Below are positions 7,663 to 17,333 of a stretch of 27,823 nt of DNA, one piece after another. The number at the start of each line of letters is the position of its first letter. Position 1 is the first letter of the stretch. The DNA is from a virus: the IMG/VR virus record IMGVR_UViG_3300006482_000005; one strand, given 5' to 3'. Under the pieces are notes generated by a model that was given only the letters and a program-made list of their open reading frames with translations, did no database searches and was not told the DNA's origin. The position numbers and the translations under genes are program-made.

Positions 7663-8091
7663 ATGCCTCTCGAAAAACGCCGCCAGATCGCTGAGGAGAT
7701 CATCGCCCTGCTCCGGGCGGAGGGTTACGTCCGGACCGAGGGCGAGATCAGCCGCGACACCGGCGAGTGCCGCATCTCGTTCGCCGGCGAGGATGGCACG
7801 ATGTGGATCAACATCCGCGACAAGGCCCCCTCGCTTCTCGCTGAGTTCTGCAACGTCTACGAGGAGATCCACGCGCTCGGGTTCGGGCTCATCCATTCCT
7901 GCACGAGGCTCCGCCCGCTCGGCTACAGTGAGATCGCGAAGGAGGATCTCTCCCCCGATCTGATCGCGGACCTGGAGCACGAATACCACTACTACAAGGG
8001 TGCGTTCTGGGCGCCTCGAATTGTCGTCGCCCTGGCGATCCTCGTGGCCACCGGCAGCCTGGAGACGGTTAGGCATCTGCTCGGGTGGTGA
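7663..8091 (+). CDS. Hypothetical protein upstream of the terminase genes
   Basis: 142-aa ORF with host-like codon usage. No motif recognised. Confidence 0.7.
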   Translation: MPLEKRRQIAEEIIALLRAEGYVRTEGEISRDTGECRISFAGEDGTMWINIRDKAPSLLAEFCNVYEEIHALGFGLIHSCTRLRPLGYSEIAKEDLSPDLIADLEHEYHYYKGAFWAPRIVVALAILVATGSLETVRHLLGW

Positions 8092-8097
8092 TAGTCG

Positions 8098-8523
8098 GTG
8101 CCTCGGACAAACGTCGGTGCGGCCGCGAAGACCTCCACGCGGAAACTGGAGATCGCCGAGCGCCGGGCCGAAGTGCTCCGGCTCCGGAAGCAGCGCGATC
8201 CCCGGCTATCCATCCGGGACATCGCAAAACGGCTTGAGATCCCCCGCTCGGTCGTCCACAGGGACCTGATGCACGAGATTGGGATTGCTCAGGCGAAGCG
8301 CACGATGCAGGCCGAGAAACTGATCGATATCGAACTCCGGGAACTCGAATCCCTCCTCATCGAGGCCAAGCTCCACGTCGAGGACGGGAGCGAGACGGCC
8401 ATCGACCGGGCGTTGAAGATCCTCGAATCCCGGCGGAAGCTCCTCGGCCTCGACGCGGCGCAGAAGGTCAATGTGAATGGCATCGCGGAACTCCACTTCG
8501 ATAAGGAAGACGAGGACCTATGA
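8098..8523 (+). CDS. terS: Terminase small subunit (HTH)
   Basis: LSIRDIAKRLEIPRSVVHRDL HTH and AIDRALKILESRRKLLGLDA, directly before terL. Confidence 0.75.
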   Translation: MPRTNVGAAAKTSTRKLEIAERRAEVLRLRKQRDPRLSIRDIAKRLEIPRSVVHRDLMHEIGIAQAKRTMQAEKLIDIELRELESLLIEAKLHVEDGSETAIDRALKILESRRKLLGLDAAQKVNVNGIAELHFDKEDEDL

Positions 8524-9767
8524 GCGGCATCAAGAAGACCCCCAAGCAGCGCCGCGCGATCGCCCTCATGAGCGACCCTGATATCCGGTATATCCTCCTC
8601 TCCGGCGGCTCCCGGAGCGGCAAGACATTCATTGCCTGCTACTCTATCGTAGTCCGGGCGCTCAAAGCCCCGGGCTCCCGCCACGCAATACTCCGGTATC
8701 ATTTCCGCGACGTGAAGAACTCGGTCGGGCGGGACACCATGCCGAAGGTGCTCGGGCTCATCGGCGTTACCTACGAACTCGATAAGACCGACTGGTTCTT
8801 TACGCTCCCCAACGGCTCTGAGATATGGCTCGGCGGGCTCGACGACGATGAGCGGGTCGAGAAGATCCTCGGCATGGAGTATTCGACGATCTACTACAAC
8901 GAGTCCTCCCAAATCTCCTACCACGCATACACCACGGCACAGACCCGCCTCGCGCAGAAGACCTGTCTCGTCAACCGGGCATATGTGGACTGCAACCCGC
9001 CGACAAAGAGCCACTGGCTGCACAAACTCTTCTTGGAGCATATCGACCCGGAGACCCGCGTCCCGGTCCCGAACCCTGGCCGCTACGCCGTCCTCGACAT
9101 GAACCCGATCGACAACCGGGAGAACCTGCCGGACGGCTACATCGAGGACACGCTCGCGGCTCTGCCGGAACGCAAGCGCCGCCGGTTCCTTGAGGGCGAA
9201 TGGCTTGACGACCCGGAGGGGGCGCTCTGGAAGCGGAGCATGATCGACGAGCACCGGCACACGGGGAAACCGCCAACCCTCGCGCGTATCGTCGTCGGCG
9301 TCGATCCTGCCGTCACTGGGAGCGAGACGAGTGACGAGACGGGGATCGTCGTCGTCGGCAAAGACGCCGCCGGGCACCTCTACGTCCTCGGCGATCACTC
9401 CGTCCGAGGCACTCCGCTCGATTGGGCCAAGCGCGTCGCGTGGGCCGTCGATAAGCACGGGGCGGATCGTGTGGTTGGAGAGGTCAACAACGGCGGGGAT
9501 CTCGTCGAAGTCAACCTCCGCACCGTCAGCAAGGCGCTCCCGTTCAAGAAGGTGACTGCGAGCCGGGGCAAATACATTCGAGCCGAGCCGGTCGCCGCAC
9601 TCTACGAGAAGGGGGAGGTTCACCACGTCGGCGCGTTCCCGGAGTTAGAGGATCAAATGTGCGAATGGGTGCCCGGCGACGAGTCCCCCGACCGCATGGA
9701 CGCGCTCGTATGGGCGATCACCGAACTCGCCGAACCCGTCGAGGAGTTCGCCTGTTTCGCATTATAG
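8520..9767 (+). CDS. terL: Terminase large subunit
   Basis: Walker A GGSRSGKT, Walker B YYNES, coupling motif DCNP, nuclease GVDPA and C-terminal PDRMDALVWA. Confidence 0.95.
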   Translation: MSGIKKTPKQRRAIALMSDPDIRYILLSGGSRSGKTFIACYSIVVRALKAPGSRHAILRYHFRDVKNSVGRDTMPKVLGLIGVTYELDKTDWFFTLPNGSEIWLGGLDDDERVEKILGMEYSTIYYNESSQISYHAYTTAQTRLAQKTCLVNRAYVDCNPPTKSHWLHKLFLEHIDPETRVPVPNPGRYAVLDMNPIDNRENLPDGYIEDTLAALPERKRRRFLEGEWLDDPEGALWKRSMIDEHRHTGKPPTLARIVVGVDPAVTGSETSDETGIVVVGKDAAGHLYVLGDHSVRGTPLDWAKRVAWAVDKHGADRVVGEVNNGGDLVEVNLRTVSKALPFKKVTASRGKYIRAEPVAALYEKGEVHHVGAFPELEDQMCEWVPGDESPDRMDALVWAITELAEPVEEFACFAL

Positions 9768-9777
9768 GAGGCAGATA

Positions 9778-10131
9778 GTGACAACCATCAGACAGCAACT
9801 CATCAACGCGCTCGCCCGAGCCCTCCGGGTCGAGCCTCCGGTCCGCATCGTCGTCGAACCTTACGAGGTCCGCGTCCCGAGCCCGGCCCCGCCCGTCGAT
9901 TACGTCGAGACCCTGCACGACGACCCCGGCCGCGTCTACGTCTGGATCGCCCGGCAGGACGCCACCGACGACCAGATCGCAAGTATCGCCGAGAGCCTCG
10001 GGCAGAGGGGGCCCAAGGCGCTCCACGTGGTCTGTCGGGACATCGCCGAGATCCGCAAGCTCTCCCCGGAGGATATCCGCAAATACCTTGCCCCGATCGT
10101 CAAGCAGGCAGAGGAGGGCGGATGGCAGTAG
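9778..10131 (+). CDS. Hypothetical protein between terminase and portal
   Basis: 117-aa ORF with GGAGG upstream. Confidence 0.7.
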   Translation: MTTIRQQLINALARALRVEPPVRIVVEPYEVRVPSPAPPVDYVETLHDDPGRVYVWIARQDATDDQIASIAESLGQRGPKALHVVCRDIAEIRKLSPEDIRKYLAPIVKQAEEGGWQ

Positions 10132-12617
10132 TCGCGCCGGGGATCAAGGGTGGCGGCGCCCGGGCGCTCAACGGCGCTGGCACCCCGCGGGCGCTCGACC
10201 TCTCGCAGTCGATCTGGTATACCCCTGGGCGAGGGGTCCCGCGCTACGAGGACCTGCACACGATCCGGCGCTTCTCCCGCTCACACACCGTCTCGATCCC
10301 GATGACGGCGATCAAGGGGCAGGTCACGACGACCGACTGGAGCATCGTCCCGACCGTCGACAAGCCGACGAGCAAGCACTTCGCCGCCTGCGACGCCGTG
10401 GTCGACTTCCTCGACGGAGGGTTCTCGCGCAACCCTGCGACCTTTGACACGCTCTGCAAGGAGGTCCTCAACGACATCCTCGTCATCGACGCCGGGGTCC
10501 TCGAACTCGTGCCGGACTCGTCCGGGTTCCTCCGCGAAATCTACGCCCGTGACGCGGCCACCTTCACGAAAAACCCCGACGAGCACGGCCTCCTCCCGGA
10601 CCCCGGCAGCGACATCCCAGCATACTACCAGGTCGGAGCACAGGCGTCTATCGCGCAGGACGCCTTCGGATCCGGGCTCCCGCGCATGTCGACGATCTCG
10701 CAGATGGATACCCCCCTCTACCGGGCGATCACGCCGATCCCCTTCTCCCGCGACCAGATCGTGTGGATTGAAGAGAACCCCTCGACGGACCGGCAGTACG
10801 GGTGGAGCCGGGTGCAGATGGCGCACCGGCTCATCGAGATCCTGCTCAACCAGGACGTCTCAAACCTCAAGTACTTCCCGCAGAATGAGGTCCCGGAGGG
10901 CATCTTAAATCTACCCGGCCTGTCAAACGACAACCTGACCCGGTTCAGGGAGTATTGGAAAGACGAGATCGTCGGCAAGCCGCACAAGCTCGCCTTGATG
11001 AACAGCACGGACGCCACCTGGATCCCGTTCCGGGCATCGCCGAAAGAACTGGAGTTCCTGGCGAGTCAGGAGTGGTACAACAACCTCGTCTGGATGTGCT
11101 TCGGCGTCTCTGCGAACGAGGTCGGCTACGTGCAGGACGTCAACAGATCCACGGCGCAGGAACAGGCCGAAGCCGTCTGGCGGCGCACTACGGTCCCGCT
11201 GCTCGAACTCCTCGCCGGTGCGATCAACCGCTCAATCCTCCCGTTCCTCGAAGCATATTGGGACGTGGCCGGCGAGATCGAGTTCCGGTGGGACCCACAC
11301 AACCCGATCATCGAGCGGCAGAAGCGGCTTGAGCAGGAGAGCGACCTCCGGCTCGGCCTGTCCACCCCGAACCGCATCCTCGTCGAGCGCGGGGAGGAGC
11401 CGGTGCCGTGGGGGGACATGCCCCTCGCGCTCGTGGACTCCCTCGCCCGGATGCACCCGGAGTGGTTCGCCCGCGAGATCATCGGCATTGAGAACGCCCC
11501 GGAACCGCTCTACGGCGGAGGGCTCCTCCTCTCATCCCCGGACCCCGTAACCAAGGCGCTCGCAGCGATGAAGGCCGCTCCTGACGACGAGCCGGAGGAG
11601 TGGCGGAGCCGCATCGAGGCGCTGCACCGCCGGGTTTCTGGCGTGTTCGACGACGCCCTGCAGGCGCTCCGCCCGGCGATCGAAGAGGCGTTCCCGGCAG
11701 AGCGGCCCGAGGGTGACGCCCGGCCTGCCGTGGACCTCGACGCGATCCTCGACCAGATCACGATCGCCGAGGACCTCCTCGCGGCCACCGCCGAGCCTCG
11801 GGCCGACGCGCTCAAGCACGGGGTTGACCTGGAGAGCCGCCGGCTGGAGCAGGAGCTCGAAGGCAGGATCGGTAAGGGGCTCTACCGAGTCCACATCACC
11901 AAAGACTTCGACGTCACTCAGACCTTCGCGTTCCGCCTCCTCCAGCAGCGGGCGGCGCGGAACATGCGCGGCGTCGAGGACAGCATCAAGAACCTCGTCC
12001 GGACCTCGCTCACCCAGGTGATCGGGCAGGGCGGCAACGTGAACGACGCCTGGCTCGTCCTGCAGCGCGACGTCGCCGGCATGACCAGCGACCACGCTCG
12101 GCTCGTCGCGAGGACCGAGATCATGGGGGCGCAGCGTTACGGCAAGCAGGCGCTCGCCGAGGAGACGGAGCACCTGCTCAAGGGCAAGACCTGGCGGGCA
12201 CGCAAGATCCCCGGCCGGTCTCGTCAGTGGCACAATGTCATGGACGGGGTCACGGTCCCGGTCCGGGAGTCGTGGACTGTCCCGGCAACCGGGGCGAAGG
12301 GGCAGCCGAAGGACTACCCGAAACAGGCATACGTCGTCGGGGAGGACCAGCCGTTCAACTGTATGTGCGACCAGCGGCTCGCGCTCGCGGACGACCTCCC
12401 CGACACCGCGCAGGAACTCCGGAGCGTCAAGGGCGTGACTCTCGAACCGATGACGAAGCAGGCCGCCGTGCTATTAGAGCATGGGGCGCCGCACGAATCG
12501 CTGAAGGAACTACTGACCCGCATGGAGGGATCTATGAGCAGGAACAAAACCGCCGAGGCACTCGGCATCAGCAAAGCGACGCTCTACGAGTGGAGAGCGC
12601 AGGAGGGGGTCGAATGA
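10122..12617 (+). CDS. Portal protein fused to a Mu gpF/SPP1 gp7-like head morphogenesis domain and a C-terminal HTH
   Basis: Portal motifs (YF...PEGIL, LEFL, FGVS..EVG), MuF motifs (ARLVARTE, KTW, R..H..MDG, PFNCMC) and terminal SRNKTAEALGISKATLYEW. Confidence 0.85.
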   Translation: MAVVAPGIKGGGARALNGAGTPRALDLSQSIWYTPGRGVPRYEDLHTIRRFSRSHTVSIPMTAIKGQVTTTDWSIVPTVDKPTSKHFAACDAVVDFLDGGFSRNPATFDTLCKEVLNDILVIDAGVLELVPDSSGFLREIYARDAATFTKNPDEHGLLPDPGSDIPAYYQVGAQASIAQDAFGSGLPRMSTISQMDTPLYRAITPIPFSRDQIVWIEENPSTDRQYGWSRVQMAHRLIEILLNQDVSNLKYFPQNEVPEGILNLPGLSNDNLTRFREYWKDEIVGKPHKLALMNSTDATWIPFRASPKELEFLASQEWYNNLVWMCFGVSANEVGYVQDVNRSTAQEQAEAVWRRTTVPLLELLAGAINRSILPFLEAYWDVAGEIEFRWDPHNPIIERQKRLEQESDLRLGLSTPNRILVERGEEPVPWGDMPLALVDSLARMHPEWFAREIIGIENAPEPLYGGGLLLSSPDPVTKALAAMKAAPDDEPEEWRSRIEALHRRVSGVFDDALQALRPAIEEAFPAERPEGDARPAVDLDAILDQITIAEDLLAATAEPRADALKHGVDLESRRLEQELEGRIGKGLYRVHITKDFDVTQTFAFRLLQQRAARNMRGVEDSIKNLVRTSLTQVIGQGGNVNDAWLVLQRDVAGMTSDHARLVARTEIMGAQRYGKQALAEETEHLLKGKTWRARKIPGRSRQWHNVMDGVTVPVRESWTVPATGAKGQPKDYPKQAYVVGEDQPFNCMCDQRLALADDLPDTAQELRSVKGVTLEPMTKQAAVLLEHGAPHESLKELLTRMEGSMSRNKTAEALGISKATLYEWRAQEGVE

Positions 12618-13837
12618 CGGCCCGGAGCGGAGCAGTCATCAGCGAACAGACATTCGGCGAGACGGTCGCCGACGCCTACGGGATCCCGTTTACCCTCGCA
12701 GCGGATGGGAAATGGTATCGGGCGGACGCGAGCGATCCGCTGCTCTCCCTCGGCGACGTGGCGCTCTGCATCGAGACGATCGTCGCCGCCGACGGGACCG
12801 GGTCGCTCCTGAAATACGGCTACGTGCAGAAAACCGGGTGGACGTGGGCCCTCGGGCAGCCGGTGTACTTCGGCGCGACCCCGGGCACGCTCACGCAGAC
12901 GAAACCGGCCGGGAACACGATCCGGTATGCAGGCTACCCTGTAGCGGCCGACGCCCTCTGGTTCTCGCCGACGGATCCGATCCTCGCGGAGTACTTGTCG
13001 CTTGAATTACCTCCTGGGACCGAGGGAGATTACCTGTATCACAATGGTGTCGCGTGGACCGCGCACCCGTTGGACCCACTCCCAGAGGGCACGCAGGGCG
13101 ACCTGCTCTACCACAACGGGACGGCGTGGGTGCCGACCGAAGCAGGGGCTCTCCGGAACTGGATCATCAACGGAAACTTCGCCGTCAACCAGCGCGCCGC
13201 CGCGACGAAAGCGCAGGCGGCTGGGGTCTACGGCTATGACCGGTGGAAGGGGCATGCGAACGGCATCGAGCAAGTCGTCGAGGCGCTCCCGGCGGGCGAG
13301 TATACCCTCTCCTGGTCTGGTGGCGGGACGGGATATCTCGACGGCACGAGCGGGACCTCGCCGATCACGAAGACCGTCGCGGGAGGGAACACGAGTGTCG
13401 TCGTCCCGGCAGATGCCGACGAGGTGGTGCTCAACGCCGGATCGGTCGCGCTCCCGTTCGCCCCGCGCCCGTATGCGGAGGAACTGGCGCTGTGCCAGCG
13501 GTATTATTGGAGGTTGTCGGCAGACGAGGGGGATATTTTTGTCGGACTAGGATTCGGGCTGTCATCGACAACGGGGCGCATCCTCACAGGATTCCCAACC
13601 ACAATGCGCGTTGCCCCAACAATGTCGTTCTCTGATGCATCCCATTTTCAGATATCCCAGACATCCGGCGGGGCATTCGTCAATACCACCCTGACCGGTC
13701 TGAGTGGGGTGGCAATCAACCCAGATAGTGCATATTACAGCGTAGCGATGGCTTCTGGAGGGATTGTTAGTGGGATGTCATTCTTAGTTTTACGCAGTGG
13801 CGCGGGACGATATTTGGCATTTAGCGCGGAGTTGTGA
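12614..13837 (+). CDS. Fibre-like structural protein (probable head fibre)
   Basis: N-terminal GWTWALGQPVYFGATPGTLTQTKP, two 24-aa repeats, and RNWIINGNFAVNQR...ELALCQRYY...FSAEL typical of phage fibres. Real start is the ATG at 12614 (ATGA overlap). Confidence 0.7.
   Translation: MTARSGAVISEQTFGETVADAYGIPFTLAADGKWYRADASDPLLSLGDVALCIETIVAADGTGSLLKYGYVQKTGWTWALGQPVYFGATPGTLTQTKPAGNTIRYAGYPVAADALWFSPTDPILAEYLSLELPPGTEGDYLYHNGVAWTAHPLDPLPEGTQGDLLYHNGTAWVPTEAGALRNWIINGNFAVNQRAAATKAQAAGVYGYDRWKGHANGIEQVVEALPAGEYTLSWSGGGTGYLDGTSGTSPITKTVAGGNTSVVVPADADEVVLNAGSVALPFAPRPYAEELALCQRYYWRLSADEGDIFVGLGFGLSSTTGRILTGFPTTMRVAPTMSFSDASHFQISQTSGGAFVNTTLTGLSGVAINPDSAYYSVAMASGGIVSGMSFLVLRSGAGRYLAFSAEL
13007..13129 (+). 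repeat. Two 72-nt-period coding repeats (LP.GT.GD.LYHNG.AW)
   Basis: LPPGTEGDYLYHNGVAW at 13007 and LPEGTQGDLLYHNGTAW at 13079. Confidence 0.85.
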
Positions 13838-14163
13838 TCATGGGCGAACCACGATTTAAGCCTGAGAACTACGAGATCCTGACCGAGGCCGGGCAGAATC
13901 TCTGCATCCGCCGATCCGACGGGGCGAGCATCCCGATCTGCCCCGGCAACCGAGACTACGACGAATACTGCAAAATCGACCCGGACGGCACCCTTGCCCG
14001 CCGCGTCGACATCACCCCTGCGCCCGATACACGGCCAAGCAAAGATGAGATCATCGCCGCCCTGGTGGAGCAGGTCGATGCCCTGACGACCGCGACCGAG
14101 ACAGAGAAGACGGCGGCGTTTAAGGAGATCACGAAAGACGTCACGGAGGCGGCCACGAAGTGA
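13834..14163 (+). CDS. Fibre-associated small protein (assembly chaperone-like)
   Basis: IRRSDGASIP..PGNRDYDEY motif, usually found downstream of such fibres. Confidence 0.6.
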   Translation: MIMGEPRFKPENYEILTEAGQNLCIRRSDGASIPICPGNRDYDEYCKIDPDGTLARRVDITPAPDTRPSKDEIIAALVEQVDALTTATETEKTAAFKEITKDVTEAATK

Positions 14164-14247
14164 CGCCGGAGTGGGTGGTTCAGTGACCGAAAAACCCACT
14201 GAACCGGACTGAACCCAATACCTCGAACGACGAATAGGTGATCAGAG

Positions 14248-15219
14248 ATGCCTACACTGAAAACAAAATCCCTCGACGCGGCCCCCGGACAGGTGAAGGT
14301 CTGGAAGGCGCGCCTCGTCGAGAGCGGCCCGGAGGTGACACTCATCCGCGTCCCGATCTCCTCGACCACCGAGGACCGGGACGGCGACGAGTTCTCCCTC
14401 GCGGGGTTGGAATCGATGCTCGCGGGGCTCAAGAGCGGCAAGATCCCGCTCTACCTCGACCACGGATTCCGGGAGTCCGGCGCTCGCCTGTACGGGGCGC
14501 TCGATATGCTCGGCGCGTGGATCGACGGGGAGATCGAGGAGAGCACCCTCTACGGCACCGCGTTCCTGGATCCGGACAACTGGCCCGCGATGGAGCTCGC
14601 CCGCAAGATCGAGGCGGGGCTCCCGATGGGGTTCAGCGTCGGGTTCGGGATCGTCAAGAGCCGGGGCAAGGACAACGGCGGCCTGATCTTCGACGAGGTC
14701 TCTCTCTGGGAGGTCTCCGCCGTAGGGATACCGAGCAACCCCGACGCTGTGAACTCGGCTGCCGTGCAGGCGGTCGTCAAGTCGCTCCGCGTCAAGGCGG
14801 GGCTGGAAACCGATGAAATGAAGCGGAAAACCAAAGAGGAAGGCGAAGAGCCGAAGGAAGAGGAGCGGGAAGAGGAAGAGGAGCAGGAAGAGGAGAAGCA
14901 ATCCGAAGCCTGCGAGGATGAGGAAGAGAAAGCGCCGGAGGGTGAGCCCGAGGAAGACGAGGAGGATGAGAAGTCATTCGAGGTCCTCGACGAGGCGAAG
15001 CTCCGGGGACTCATCGCGGAAGAGGTCGGTAAGCAGCTCGCGCCGCTCATGGAGCGGATGAAGGCCCTGCCTACGTCTGCGGAGATCAAGGCCCTCGCCG
15101 AGAAGACCGCCCCGAGGGCGAAAGGCCCCCGGGCGATCGTCGTCGCCCGCGAGACCAAGGACAGCGAACAGAAGACCGCCGACGGACCGGAGCAGAAAGG
15201 GCCGGTCTTCGTCGCGTAA
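14248..15219 (+). CDS. Prohead protease with an acidic scaffold-like C-terminus
   Basis: DRDGD, PLYLDH, GFSVGF and WEVSAVGIPSNPDA motifs, followed by an E-rich tract. Confidence 0.9.
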   Translation: MPTLKTKSLDAAPGQVKVWKARLVESGPEVTLIRVPISSTTEDRDGDEFSLAGLESMLAGLKSGKIPLYLDHGFRESGARLYGALDMLGAWIDGEIEESTLYGTAFLDPDNWPAMELARKIEAGLPMGFSVGFGIVKSRGKDNGGLIFDEVSLWEVSAVGIPSNPDAVNSAAVQAVVKSLRVKAGLETDEMKRKTKEEGEEPKEEEREEEEEQEEEKQSEACEDEEEKAPEGEPEEDEEDEKSFEVLDEAKLRGLIAEEVGKQLAPLMERMKALPTSAEIKALAEKTAPRAKGPRAIVVARETKDSEQKTADGPEQKGPVFVA

Positions 15220-15234
15220 GGAGGCAACACACCT

Positions 15235-16401
15235 ATGGCATCAGCAAAACAGATACTCGGCCTCGGCCGGGACGCAGAGAAGATCTTCTCCGCAATCTGG
15301 GAGAAGCACGGATTCTACGCGCCCGACAGAGGGTTTACGCCCAGCATTCAGAGCATGTTCTACGGACGCCCGGAGAACCAGAAGGCCGCCGAAGGTCTGA
15401 CGGTGAAGGGGATCCGCGGACTGATCGGGAAACAGGTCACCAGCGCAACGGTTACCGACGCAGTCCCGGTGGCGTTCGACCCGGAGATCCTCGACATCGT
15501 CCGCAAGGACGCGCCGCTCCTTGCCCGCCTACCGCAGGTCGGGTACAAGGGCTACACGGTCCGCACGAACCTGATCAGCGCCCGGGCAGCCCCCCGCGGC
15601 TGGGTCTCCGAGGCAAACTCGCTCGACCTCTCCGGGGTATCGAACGAGTTCACGCTCGGCGAAACCGACTACGACATGAAAATCTACGCCGACGCCGTGA
15701 ACATCGGCGACTTCGCGGAGCGCGGTGCGGAAGGCGGCTACCTCCCCGTCCGCGAGACGGCGCTCGGGCAGCGGGTCGCCGCGTACTCGCAGTACAAGGA
15801 GCAGGCAATCCTCTACGGCGACCACTCGCAGGCACTCACCGACGGATCCCCTGGTGACGCCAACGTCTTCGACGGGATGAGCGTCCACGCGGCGGCTGCC
15901 GGTAACGACGTCGACAAGTCCGCCGTGAACCTCGCTGCCAGCGACGCCCTCCTGAAGGACATCAAGGCCGAGGTCAAGGACTTGCTCCAGAACGCCAACG
16001 TCTTCAAGGGCGACCTTGAGATCTGGACCTCACACACGCTCTTCGACGAGCTCGAGAACGAGCTTCAGGTGCGGGCGATCCTCGACCAGAACGTCAACTC
16101 CGCCAACTATGGGTTCGAGGTCATCTACATCTCCGGCATCCCGGTGATCGCCTCGCACAACGTCGCAGAGCACACCTACGACACAGGCGGTGTCGCGGGC
16201 GGTCCGTACACCATCGGCAGCGAGGGCGACGTGTTCATCGTGAACAAGCGGGCCAGCTACTATGCGAGCCTCGCGCCGCTCTTCACCCTGCCGCTCGGCC
16301 GGATCGGTCTCGCGGAGCACTTCGCGCTCGGAGAGTACGGGACCTACGTCGACCGCAGCCAGGGCGCCTTCGGCAAGTGGCTCCACGACTACGCGATCTG
16401 A
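15235..16401 (+). CDS. Major capsid protein (HK97 fold inferred)
   Basis: Position after the protease, 388 aa, and patterns such as EQAILYGD, FDG and ISGIPVIASHNV. Confidence 0.85.
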   Translation: MASAKQILGLGRDAEKIFSAIWEKHGFYAPDRGFTPSIQSMFYGRPENQKAAEGLTVKGIRGLIGKQVTSATVTDAVPVAFDPEILDIVRKDAPLLARLPQVGYKGYTVRTNLISARAAPRGWVSEANSLDLSGVSNEFTLGETDYDMKIYADAVNIGDFAERGAEGGYLPVRETALGQRVAAYSQYKEQAILYGDHSQALTDGSPGDANVFDGMSVHAAAAGNDVDKSAVNLAASDALLKDIKAEVKDLLQNANVFKGDLEIWTSHTLFDELENELQVRAILDQNVNSANYGFEVIYISGIPVIASHNVAEHTYDTGGVAGGPYTIGSEGDVFIVNKRASYYASLAPLFTLPLGRIGLAEHFALGEYGTYVDRSQGAFGKWLHDYAI

Positions 16402-16413
16402 GGAGGGACCTGG

Positions 16414-17082
16414 ATGACTATCCTTGTCCCCCCCCGGGCTGACCCGAACATCGCCTGCGCGGTGGAGGGGTTCAACCTCTCCAACACCATCAGCGGCACC
16501 AAGCAGGTGATGACGGCCACGGTCGCCACGCCCTCGGTCGCTGATGGCGATGTCGTCGTCACCGTGACCGCAGCAAACATGGGCAGCACCCCCAAAGACG
16601 TGACCGTCACGGTCGCCGACGGGGATACCGAGGCGCAGGTCGCGACGAAGCTCCGCGCCGCACTCGCGGCTGACGACGACGTCGGCGGGTTCTTCGACGT
16701 CACCGCCGCCGGCGCAGTCGTCACGCTGACTCGCAAGACGCACGCCGCCAACGATCCGACGATGGCACTCGCAGTCAAGACCGACGCCTCTAACACCGGC
16801 GTAACCATCGACGACGCGATCACAGTGCAGGGCGCGCTCGCGACCTCGTGCACGATCACACTCACGCCCGAAGTCTCGTATGCGGCGACGCCGGTGCTCT
16901 GCGGGGTTCCGCAGCACGTCCCGGATGCCGCCGGATCCGCCGCTACGACCATGACGTGGAAGGTCACTTCGCAGTCCACCTCGGCGATTGTCCTCACCGT
17001 CACGCTCGATCAGGCTCCCGGTGCAGGCAAGACCGACACGATCGTCTTTAACGGCGGACTGATCGGCATCCCGGCGCGGTGA
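16414..17082 (+). CDS. Thr/Ala/Val-rich structural protein (decoration-like)
   Basis: Beta-rich composition, GGAGG site, directly after the capsid gene. Confidence 0.55.
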   Translation: MTILVPPRADPNIACAVEGFNLSNTISGTKQVMTATVATPSVADGDVVVTVTAANMGSTPKDVTVTVADGDTEAQVATKLRAALAADDDVGGFFDVTAAGAVVTLTRKTHAANDPTMALAVKTDASNTGVTIDDAITVQGALATSCTITLTPEVSYAATPVLCGVPQHVPDAAGSAATTMTWKVTSQSTSAIVLTVTLDQAPGAGKTDTIVFNGGLIGIPAR

Positions 17083-17333
17083 TCAGCGTGAAGTGGCAGC
17101 ACAGAACCTCGAAGAGCGGGCAGATCAGTTTCGGCACCCGGGCGAGGGTGCGGATCGTGGACGGGGTCTTTGAGGCCCCGGACGACCCCGCCCTCGCCGA
17201 ACGGCTGAAAAAGGCGGGGCACACCCCGATTGAGGACGCCCCGACACCGCCCGCAGCGGAGGTGGAGAGAGTTGGCGCACCGGATGCAGATGGTGAACGG
17301 AAGACCGACGGAAAGCCTAAGAAAGGACGGTGA
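17079..17333 (+). CDS. Small hypothetical virion-module protein
   Basis: 84-aa ORF coupled by GTGA overlaps. Confidence 0.6.
   Translation: MISVKWQHRTSKSGQISFGTRARVRIVDGVFEAPDDPALAERLKKAGHTPIEDAPTPPAAEVERVGAPDADGERKTDGKPKKGR

Noticed and set aside
12614-13837. Diversity-generating retroelement acting on the fibre
   Set aside because: No reverse transcriptase and no template/variable repeat pair differing at adenines in this window.
14820-14970. GAG/GAA-rich low-complexity tract
   Set aside because: Explained by the acidic scaffold region of the protease.
16414-17082. Tail sheath (myovirus) call for the Thr/Ala/Val-rich protein
   Set aside because: Too short, located next to the capsid gene, and no baseplate wedge or sheath motifs are present in the tail module.
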